Of a stretch of DNA of 64,000 bases, positions 1 through 7,496 are shown piece after piece. This stretch comes from a virus. Numbering within the stretch: position 1 is the first letter of the stretch; each line of letters opens with the position of its first letter. The stretch lies in the IMG/VR virus record IMGVR_UViG_3300022074_000004, one strand, 5' to 3'. A program made the position numbers and the translations under genes. The notes beneath the pieces are model-generated. The model was given only the letters and a program-made list of their open reading frames with translations, was not told where the DNA came from and made no database searches.

Positions 1-2
1 GC

Positions 3-293
3 GGCGGAGGTGGCGGTGGTTCCAATGATGGACAGCCAGGCAATCCTGGACGCCCTGGTGATCATGGTGATGGTGCGAAAAATGGCCAGCCTGGCGGCCC
101 TGGCGCACCTATGCAAGATGCTGGGGATGGTAATTTTGGCACTAAAGGAGAAGATGGTAATACAAATCCTCCCGAAGATGGCAAAGCAGCCACAGTTGGT
201 TTAAGTTATCCAGTTTCAGTTTCTCCATCTACTCAATATCCAATTATTGTCGGACCCGGTGGATCAGTTACTATTTCTTGGAATTCTCAGTGA
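3..293 (+). CDS. 5'-truncated glycine-rich/collagen-like virion fibre protein (C-terminal part)
   Basis: Frame 3 is open from the window edge into track ORF 111..293: GGGGGGSNDGQPGNPGRPGDHGDGAKNGQPGGPGAPMQ...YPIIVGPGGSVTISWNSQ*; contains Gly-X-Y triplets. Confidence 0.8.
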   Translation, partial: GGGGGGSNDGQPGNPGRPGDHGDGAKNGQPGGPGAPMQDAGDGNFGTKGEDGNTNPPEDGKAATVGLSYPVSVSPSTQYPIIVGPGGSVTISWNSQ

Positions 294-299
294 TAAATA
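293..299 (+). promoter_or_regulatory. T4-like late promoter box ATAAATA
   Basis: tgATAAATA overlaps the upstream stop, about 25 nt before ATG 324. Confidence 0.6.
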
Positions 300-323
300 T
301 TCATATACTTAATACTCAAAAAT

Positions 324-827
324 ATGTCAGAAGAAAGATGTGAGACTGTTTCTGAACTCAGAGAAAAGATTGACTTGCTATGCGCAGAGAATGAGTATCT
401 TTCTATGAAGCAGAATCGTAATAGAGCAAGATCAATAACAGTGGGCACTGCATTCGGTGGAATTGTTGAAGTCAGTATGAGATCTGATATTGGTACTGTT
501 TTTGCACAGATGCAGCCAACAGAAGGGGTTGAGTTGATTGAACAACTTGCTGCTGGTCTTGGTATTGAGATTGCAATGAGACCTAAGCAGGATTTTGCAT
601 CATGGAGAGGGTGGGAAGACATTATTGGGCAAAGAGTTCCTCTTGATAGGATTGCATGGAAAGGTGCTGCTGCATGGCAAGTTTTTGAGGGGCCAGAGCT
701 TGAGAGAAAATTTCAAGAAAATCAACTTCCAACTGAAAAAGTTAGAGTTCAACAATTAATGGATTCTTTGGAAGAAAAGGAAAAGTTAGAGAAGGAAACA
801 CCAGAGGGGGATCAAGAAGATGCTTGA
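324..827 (+). CDS. hypothetical phage protein (RARSITVGTAFGG...DFASWRGW motif)
   Basis: 167-aa ORF downstream of a late box; overlaps the next start. Confidence 0.8.
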   Translation: MSEERCETVSELREKIDLLCAENEYLSMKQNRNRARSITVGTAFGGIVEVSMRSDIGTVFAQMQPTEGVELIEQLAAGLGIEIAMRPKQDFASWRGWEDIIGQRVPLDRIAWKGAAAWQVFEGPELERKFQENQLPTEKVRVQQLMDSLEEKEKLEKETPEGDQEDA

Positions 828-1398
828 CTTATATGTCTTAGCTGATATCAGTAAATCAGAAATATTGACACCATTAAATAAGTTGCCAGAAAACTGGTTA
901 AATGTTAGTGGTTTGAATTTTTTTGATGATGAAAAACTTTCAAATCTGTCTTGGGCAGGGCATAAAAATCTTGGATGGTTCCCCAGTAGTAATGAGAATA
1001 TATCGTCTTTTACCACTCCAACTAATTGGATGGATTCAAGTAAAGCTAATATTAAATCATATATTTCTTCAGACAGAAAAGAAAAGGTTGAAGAGACATT
1101 GACATTTAACGGAAATAGGATTAACCTAACAAATAATACTAGAACCTCTTTATCATTAAGAGTTTCATCTTTGACTAACCAAGATGGTGATATTATGACT
1201 GCGTGGAAATTTGTGGATGGGTATGTGGATTTGACCAAAGCAGAAATCATCGATCTCCTTAATTTTGTTTCCAATTATATACAAAGCTGTTTCGATGCAG
1301 AAAATATGGCGTCAAGCTTAGTTGATGATTGCAATACTCTTGATGATATTAATAATCTGACTTTAGATATCGTTTGGCCAGACACTTCAAATTCTTGA
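820..1398 (+). CDS. DUF4376-like tail-fibre-associated protein
   Basis: C-terminal R(K)EK...NG..I...R......WK..DG.V.LT..E......V..Y(I/V)Q.CF..E pattern; tail-fibre context. Confidence 0.7.
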   Translation: MLDLYVLADISKSEILTPLNKLPENWLNVSGLNFFDDEKLSNLSWAGHKNLGWFPSSNENISSFTTPTNWMDSSKANIKSYISSDRKEKVEETLTFNGNRINLTNNTRTSLSLRVSSLTNQDGDIMTAWKFVDGYVDLTKAEIIDLLNFVSNYIQSCFDAENMASSLVDDCNTLDDINNLTLDIVWPDTSNS

Positions 1399-1404
1399 TT
1401 TTGT

Positions 1405-2205
1405 ATGAAAAAATATTATTTTATTGCAGGTCTTCATAGATCTGGTGCGACTTTGTTATCTTCAATTTTAAATCAGAATCCAAGATTTTATTCCGGTCCT
1501 CTAACTCCAGTGCTGGATATTATGAAGAATATTGAAAGTAATATTCCAACTATTGAACATTATAAATCTTCCCCAAAACCAATTAGTGCTCACAAAATAA
1601 TATCATCTGTAATAGGGAACTATTATCATGATATAGATTGTCCTGTAATTTTTGATAAGAATAGAGATTGGCCTGCATACATAAATTATATTGAGGAGTA
1701 TGTTGGACAGAGAGCTAAAATAATATGCCCAGTTAGAGATATATCAGAAATATTAACATCATTTTTGACTTTAATTCATAAGACTTATGATGGAATTAAT
1801 TTTAATGTTATTGATATTGGAGTAATAGAGAAAGAATTTCCTCTGACAGATTATAATAGATGTGATTTTATACTCAATACTTTCCTTGGAAATGCTATGC
1901 GTCATATTCACTTCGCTCTTGAGAATAATTTGTTGGATAGAATTTTATTTGTAGAGTATAAAGATTTGGTTTCGAATCCATATGATACTATGAATTCAAT
2001 TTATAATTTTCTTGGGGAGGATATGTATGATCATAATTTCAATTACATTCAAAATAATAATCAGGTAGAGGATACTAGGTATTATAATCTTCCTGGGCTG
2101 CATGATATCAGATCAAAGATTGAGTATCAATCTAAAGATCCTAAGGAAGTTTTGCCAAAAGAAATACTTGAACGGTGCAGGGGGATGGAATTTTGGAGAG
2201 ATTGA
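1405..2205 (+). CDS. sulfotransferase
   Basis: 5'-PSB-like FIAGLHRSGATLLSSILNQNP, 3'-PB-like CPVRDISEILTS, and VEYKDLVSNP...IYNFLG. Confidence 0.88.
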   Translation: MKKYYFIAGLHRSGATLLSSILNQNPRFYSGPLTPVLDIMKNIESNIPTIEHYKSSPKPISAHKIISSVIGNYYHDIDCPVIFDKNRDWPAYINYIEEYVGQRAKIICPVRDISEILTSFLTLIHKTYDGINFNVIDIGVIEKEFPLTDYNRCDFILNTFLGNAMRHIHFALENNLLDRILFVEYKDLVSNPYDTMNSIYNFLGEDMYDHNFNYIQNNNQVEDTRYYNLPGLHDIRSKIEYQSKDPKEVLPKEILERCRGMEFWRD

Positions 2206-2729
2206 TATTATTTGTACATATTCCCAAAACTGCTGGGCAATCAATATTTTCTGTTGTAAATAGCCAGTGGAATTATGTTGAACATGCTAAACATGATCCT
2301 TTATTTTTATTAGAAAGGAATAATAATATTGCTAATGCATACAAATTTGCTATTGTCAGAAATCCATATAGAAGAACATTTAGTTACTACAAGCACTTCA
2401 ATAAAGTTAATCGTACTGAGTATACATTTGAAAAATTTCTTGATATTATAAAAAGTGGTGCATCTTTTCCTAAAACTAAAATGATACCATATTCTCAATC
2501 TTTTTATTGTCTTAACACTGTTGGAGATATTGGTTTAGATAAAATTTATAAGTTTGAAAATTTAAAAGAGCTGGAGAGTGATTTAAGTGTATCTCTCCCC
2601 CATATCAATAGGGGGTCATATTCTGAGGTTGAATATTTTAATTCATATGGACAAAGGGAAAGGGATTTCGTAAGGGATTATTATGCATCTGATTTTTATA
2701 ATTTCAAATATACTACTGATTTTTTATGA
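2175..2729 (+). CDS. sulfotransferase family 2 (carbohydrate sulfotransferase-like); probable start TTG 2202
   Basis: FVHIPKTAGQS, IVRNPYRRTFSYY, KFENL and VRDYYASDF motifs; TTGA overlap with the upstream stop and GGAGAG at 2195-2200. Confidence 0.85.
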   Translation: MQGDGILERLILFVHIPKTAGQSIFSVVNSQWNYVEHAKHDPLFLLERNNNIANAYKFAIVRNPYRRTFSYYKHFNKVNRTEYTFEKFLDIIKSGASFPKTKMIPYSQSFYCLNTVGDIGLDKIYKFENLKELESDLSVSLPHINRGSYSEVEYFNSYGQRERDFVRDYYASDFYNFKYTTDFL

Positions 2730-3250
2730 ACAAACCAAATCATGTAAAATATCTTGGACTTGTTAATTCTGTGAAATATATTGATTTTATAGAAGAGCAT
2801 GTATCTTTTTCTGAGAATAATAATTACAATCGAGAGAAGTATTTTTCTGGGTGTAAGAATTGGTTTCTTGTGGAGAGGTCAAGGATAAATCATCCACATA
2901 TAATACAGAAATTTTTCGATATTTCTCAAGATATAACTCAAATTTTAAATTCAAATTATGGGAATGGGTCTGTATATAATGTGCAATTTTCTTTGATGCC
3001 TCCAGGTAAGAAGATTGCAAGTCATTATGATACTGGATTGGATTTTAGTTTATCGCATAGAATTCATCTTCCTATAATTACCAATAGTGATGTAAGATTT
3101 TATATCGAAGATCATCTTTTCAAATTTAAACAGGGGCAGTTAGTTGAGATAAACAATAAAAAAATTCATTACGTTGAGAATAATTCAGAAATATCTAGAG
3201 TGCATTTGATAGTTGATTATATTCCCTCAATATTTTTAAGCTATCTCTGA
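2726..3250 (+). CDS. aspartyl/asparaginyl beta-hydroxylase-like 2OG-Fe(II) oxygenase
   Basis: PGKKIASHYD (HxD), RIHLPIITN, GQLVEINNKKIHYVEN...RVHLIVD; ATGA overlap with upstream gene. Confidence 0.85.
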   Translation: MNKPNHVKYLGLVNSVKYIDFIEEHVSFSENNNYNREKYFSGCKNWFLVERSRINHPHIIQKFFDISQDITQILNSNYGNGSVYNVQFSLMPPGKKIASHYDTGLDFSLSHRIHLPIITNSDVRFYIEDHLFKFKQGQLVEINNKKIHYVENNSEISRVHLIVDYIPSIFLSYL

Positions 3251-3253
3251 ACT

Positions 3254-3261
3254 TATAAATA
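3254..3261 (+). promoter_or_regulatory. T4-like late promoter TATAAATA
   Basis: Exact T4 gp55 consensus, 22 nt before GTG 3284. Confidence 0.8.
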
Positions 3262-3283
3262 TAAAAAAGATATCAGTAATAAA

Positions 3284-4525
3284 GTGGCATTAAATTTTCC
3301 AGATTCTCCTGTTAATGGTGAAATATATTTTGATGAAAATTCTCAATTTTATTATTCCTGGAATGAGCAGTATCAAACATGGACGAGTTATTCTCCATCG
3401 TCAGCTAGGGGAATAAAAGTCATTGATGACATAAGTAGTCAGTTTAATGGTGTCGAAACAGTTTTCCCATTGACTGCTGCTGGAGCAACTATTTCACCAA
3501 CTACGACTAAACAACTTTTAGTTTCATTGGATGGCTTGGATCAAGTGCCAGCTGTTGATTACACTGTTGCTGGCACAATAATAATATTCACTGTTGCTCC
3601 TGCGAATGGAGTAGAATTTTCTGCTATCAATATCGGATCCTCTTTTCCTGTACTCAATAGTGAGCTTAGATGTGTAAATAATTCTCATGATAGTCTAGAC
3701 CACTTCCCAATATTTGTTGATCCAGATGGTGCGATTGGTAATCCATCTGAAGCAAGGGTTTCTACTACAAAACTTAAATTTAATCCTACTACTGGTGAGT
3801 TGTTTTCTACAAAGCTTTCTGGAAGTGGAGAGGGTATAACAAATGTAAGTATTTCTGGAATTGATCTATCAGGAGATTCTACTTTTACTAATATAATTGC
3901 TACAGATGTATCTGTCAGTAATAACATAACGAAAAAATCATATACCGTCCCATCAATTACTGTTAATACAACAGCATCTATAAATCCTGTTGAAGGGGAT
4001 TTGTGGGTTGATAATAATACAAATCCAGTAAAATTTAAAATATATGATGGAACTTCGTGGATTGAAATTGGAACATTCTCTTCTATTAATGTTGGCGATT
4101 CACTATCCCCTGGGGACATAACAGTTAATGGTGATATAACAGCGACTGGGATAACTGGTAATATAATTGGTGCCAAAGTACAATCCATTGGTGTTGTTGA
4201 GGATTTTCATGGCCCATTAAGAAGACTTCCTATTGGTAACCATTCTGATGATTATACGCTAGTTTCTACTGATGCAGGAAAACTTATCAGACAAGATACT
4301 AGTTCTAAAACAATTACTATCCCAGCAGATATATTATCTCCTGGAGATATGGTTACGATATTTAATGTTTCTGATGGTAATATTACGATTGATAAATCTA
4401 CAGTTACCCTATACAATACCGTTGATGGAACTGATGCAAATAGGACATTAGCAGCGAAGGGGGTATGTACTATCGCATGTACTGCAGCAAATGAATTTAT
4501 CATTTCTGGATCTGGTTTGTCTTAA
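3284..4525 (+). CDS. tail fibre/adaptor protein
   Basis: N-terminal MALNFPDSPVNG..Y...W; DDISSQFNG...LLVSLDG..Q.P..DYT domain; GDLWVD module; C-terminal YTLVSTDAGK...ISGSGLS domain. Confidence 0.8.
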   Translation: MALNFPDSPVNGEIYFDENSQFYYSWNEQYQTWTSYSPSSARGIKVIDDISSQFNGVETVFPLTAAGATISPTTTKQLLVSLDGLDQVPAVDYTVAGTIIIFTVAPANGVEFSAINIGSSFPVLNSELRCVNNSHDSLDHFPIFVDPDGAIGNPSEARVSTTKLKFNPTTGELFSTKLSGSGEGITNVSISGIDLSGDSTFTNIIATDVSVSNNITKKSYTVPSITVNTTASINPVEGDLWVDNNTNPVKFKIYDGTSWIEIGTFSSINVGDSLSPGDITVNGDITATGITGNIIGAKVQSIGVVEDFHGPLRRLPIGNHSDDYTLVSTDAGKLIRQDTSSKTITIPADILSPGDMVTIFNVSDGNITIDKSTVTLYNTVDGTDANRTLAAKGVCTIACTAANEFIISGSGLS

Positions 4526-4546
4526 TTTATAGAGAGGTAGCAAGAC

Positions 4547-6094
4547 ATGATGCAACAAATGCTTCTGGGTATGGGCGGTATAGTTGAATCTCCACAACTA
4601 AAGGTTTCTCGTTTAAATGGATCGCAAGTAGATGTTAGTGAACTATCTTTACATGATCTTCAAGATGGTGATATAATCGAACCAATACTTGCAGATTATT
4701 CTGTTGTAATTAAGTGTGGTGGGCAAGCCGGAGCTAGTCGGATAGAATCTCACACAGACCTCCCCCAATCTGGACTCGGTGCATGGGTTCAGGGTACAAT
4801 TAACATGAGATATGGTGCAAAATATTGTATTAGAATAAATGATGGTATTGGTGCAATATATTGGGGAGAAAGTAATACAGATAATAATTATTGTATGATG
4901 CTTGGTGCCCAGGGAGGTGATGCTAAACCAGTTTTTGGAGGATTCTTTGATAGGCGTTTTGATTTTTCAAAACACCCAACTGCGAATGGATTGGGCGGAA
5001 ATGCGGGTACTTGTGATTCAGTCGGTAATTCTGCAGGAGACGCAGGACAGGATTCTCCTGGTATAGATGGTCTTGGAGGAAGTATAAATGCTACTGGTGG
5101 AACTGGAGGAACAACTACTGGGTATCTAACGGGTAGTGGTGGAACGAAGGGTACTGCCACAAATCCAAACCCTGGTGGTAGCCTACAGAATAATACTGAT
5201 GGCGGATTTTTTAGCAAAGGTACTGCCGTATTTAGTGGTGGTGATAGTGATGGTGGAAGTGGTGGTATGGGTTATTTTGGTGGTGGCGCTGGAGGTGGTG
5301 TATTCCAGGGGTCTGGCCCAGCCCCCCGTACAGGTGGTGGTGGAGGAGGAGGAGCCTCCTATGGTAGAGGAGTTCCTGACAGTGTATTGCCAAATGAAGA
5401 TCTTGACGATGCTACTGTAACAAATCTCTCTTCTGAATTAAACACTGGTGGCACCATAGATACTGCTTTTGTGACTCTTGTGAGTGCCACAAAAACAGCT
5501 GAAAAAGGAGAACGTTATTGGGAAGGATTTGAATATGGCGGAGCCGTAATCAGTTTTGGTGGAGGAGTACCAGATGATTCTCCATTTGCGCAGAGAAATA
5601 ATAGTGGTCTTAAATATGGTTTCTACACACGAACAGGAACTCCTGCAGTTGAGAGTGGTGACTTCGGTGGAAATAATGGAATTCGGGAGAGAGAAATTGT
5701 GTGGGATGGGGAATTAGTACATAACACCGGCAATGGATCAGGAACTAACGTTGGGGCGACTGCTCCAAATGCAAATGGGTGGATAGTTGTAGATGGTTAT
5801 GCTTATAGTTGGGTAGATATTATACAAAAAGCATTTCCTAATTCTACAGCGCAACTTATCGATGGAATTACCAGTAGTGGTCAGTCGCCAAGCAATCCAA
5901 AGGGAAGTTACTATCCATGGGATGGGGATCAGTGCAATTCCTTTAATGTGATGAGAGTTGAAGAAAGATACGCCGAACTTTATACTGCAGATGAAATGAG
6001 ACCCATTGTTATTGCGGCGAGAGCACAACATATAGTAGGTACTGCACCAAATGATAGTTACCCAGAACATTTTACCAGTAGTGATCCTGTTTAG
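4547..6094 (+). CDS. glycine-rich fibre-tip adhesin-like protein
   Basis: Starts MMQQMLLGMGG; polyglycine segments (GGSGGMGYFGGGAGGG, GGGGGGGASY); RBS GAGAGG. Confidence 0.75.
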   Translation: MMQQMLLGMGGIVESPQLKVSRLNGSQVDVSELSLHDLQDGDIIEPILADYSVVIKCGGQAGASRIESHTDLPQSGLGAWVQGTINMRYGAKYCIRINDGIGAIYWGESNTDNNYCMMLGAQGGDAKPVFGGFFDRRFDFSKHPTANGLGGNAGTCDSVGNSAGDAGQDSPGIDGLGGSINATGGTGGTTTGYLTGSGGTKGTATNPNPGGSLQNNTDGGFFSKGTAVFSGGDSDGGSGGMGYFGGGAGGGVFQGSGPAPRTGGGGGGGASYGRGVPDSVLPNEDLDDATVTNLSSELNTGGTIDTAFVTLVSATKTAEKGERYWEGFEYGGAVISFGGGVPDDSPFAQRNNSGLKYGFYTRTGTPAVESGDFGGNNGIREREIVWDGELVHNTGNGSGTNVGATAPNANGWIVVDGYAYSWVDIIQKAFPNSTAQLIDGITSSGQSPSNPKGSYYPWDGDQCNSFNVMRVEERYAELYTADEMRPIVIAARAQHIVGTAPNDSYPEHFTSSDPV

Positions 6095-6096
6095 CA

Positions 6097-6125
6097 TTGA
6101 CTTGTGGATCTATAAATTGTATAAT
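6097..6125 (+). promoter_or_regulatory. sigma70-type promoter TTGACT-17-TATAAT
   Basis: -35 at 6097-6102, exactly 17-nt spacer, -10 at 6120-6125; 23 nt before ATG 6149. Confidence 0.8.
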
Positions 6126-6148
6126 ATAGTATAAGAAGATCGTTAGGA

Positions 6149-6769
6149 ATGGCTCATCAAACTATTTGGTATTATTCCTCTATGCCTGAGGAAATTGTAG
6201 ATATAATCGAGAAAGATCTTTCTGTAAACTATGATTCTAGTATGAGTGAATCCTATCTTTATGGCGGTGAGGTAAATAAGGAAAGGAGAAATTCTAAAAA
6301 TACATGGGTTCCTAGTGAACACTGGATTGGCGGATTTATGTGGCATTATATTACCAGAGCAAATAGAGAAAATTTTTTATATGATTTGAGATGTATTGAT
6401 GGGGAGTCATTGCAATATACCCAATATGGACCGGGTGAGTTTTATGGTTGGCATAATGATGCTGGTATTGCCAGTGCATATAAACCAGAGTCAGTCGGTA
6501 ATCGTATGGGGGGGAAGTCCGAAGACTTTATAAATGAGAATACCGAACTTGTCCGTAAGTTGTCTTTTGTTTTACAACTTTCTCATCCAGATGATTATGA
6601 AGGTGGGAACTTGCAACTATTGGATGAAACCGGCAAATCCTATTTTGCTCCTAGAAAAAGAGGAACTGTAATTTTATTTGATTCTCGAACACAGCATCGT
6701 GTTCTTCGTGTAAAATCTGGTCTTCGTAAATCTATTGTTGGTTGGACTGTTGGGCCGAGATGGAAATGA
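6149..6769 (+). CDS. 2OG-Fe(II) oxygenase (prolyl-4-hydroxylase/PKHD-like)
   Basis: LQYTQY..GEFYGWHND (HxD), RKLSFVLQL..PDDYEGG, FDS...HRV..VKSGLRKSIVGW. Confidence 0.9.
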   Translation: MAHQTIWYYSSMPEEIVDIIEKDLSVNYDSSMSESYLYGGEVNKERRNSKNTWVPSEHWIGGFMWHYITRANRENFLYDLRCIDGESLQYTQYGPGEFYGWHNDAGIASAYKPESVGNRMGGKSEDFINENTELVRKLSFVLQLSHPDDYEGGNLQLLDETGKSYFAPRKRGTVILFDSRTQHRVLRVKSGLRKSIVGWTVGPRWK

Positions 6770-7455
6770 AAGATATAAAATTTCAAGAATGGGCAAATAG
6801 TGGAACATCTTGGACCCGTCACGAGGAGTTTGATAAGTATGGTTATTTAATAATTCAAAATCTTTGGGATGCAAAAGATTTATTTCGTCCTGTTCCAGAG
6901 GAGCGAGGGATAAAAAGGTATTGGGGAACTGGGCAAAATCAATTTACTTTTGATCCAGCTCCAGAGCAAGTGGGGGGATCTATTGAAACATATGGTCATC
7001 CACAGTACAGAGTTATTCATTCTCAAATCAGATTATTTTTAGAATCTGTTATTGGAAGAAAGTTATATAACACCTATTATTACGATCGATTTTATTTTGC
7101 TGGGCAGAAACTTTCATGTCATGTTGATAGAGATGCCTGTGAAATTTCTGTAAGCGTAAATATAAGTACTAATATTGATCAGTGTTGGCCTATCTGGATA
7201 AAGACTCCTGATACATATGATGATAAGTTAGAGATTATTCGCCAAGGGGACAGTAGTTCAATTTGCTTATCTCCAGGAGATGGTGTTATGTATAAGGGTT
7301 GTGAGCGTCCTCATTGGAGAGATCCTCTTCCATCAAGACATGTTGGAAATTGTTACGCTGAATATCCAGATGATACGTATTATCATCAAGTATTTTTCCA
7401 TTATGTTCTTGCAGATGGGTGTAGATGTCACTGTGCAAATGATATGTCAAATTGA
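6766..7455 (+). CDS. 2OG-Fe(II) oxygenase-like protein
   Basis: TYYYDRFY..GQKL..HVDRDACEISVS, PGDGVMYKGCERPHWR, QVFFHYV; ATGA overlap at 6766. Confidence 0.8.
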   Translation: MKDIKFQEWANSGTSWTRHEEFDKYGYLIIQNLWDAKDLFRPVPEERGIKRYWGTGQNQFTFDPAPEQVGGSIETYGHPQYRVIHSQIRLFLESVIGRKLYNTYYYDRFYFAGQKLSCHVDRDACEISVSVNISTNIDQCWPIWIKTPDTYDDKLEIIRQGDSSSICLSPGDGVMYKGCERPHWRDPLPSRHVGNCYAEYPDDTYYHQVFFHYVLADGCRCHCANDMSN

Positions 7456-7462
7456 ATTCTGG

Positions 7463-7469
7463 ATAAATA
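7463..7469 (+). promoter_or_regulatory. late promoter box ATAAATA
   Basis: Intergenic, 27 nt before ATG 7497. Confidence 0.65.
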
Positions 7470-7496
7470 TTTTTATAACAAGTCTTCAAAAAATAA

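Noticed and set aside
10-204. 64-aa ORF at the window start
   Set aside because: Off-frame shadow of the Gly-rich frame-3 gene
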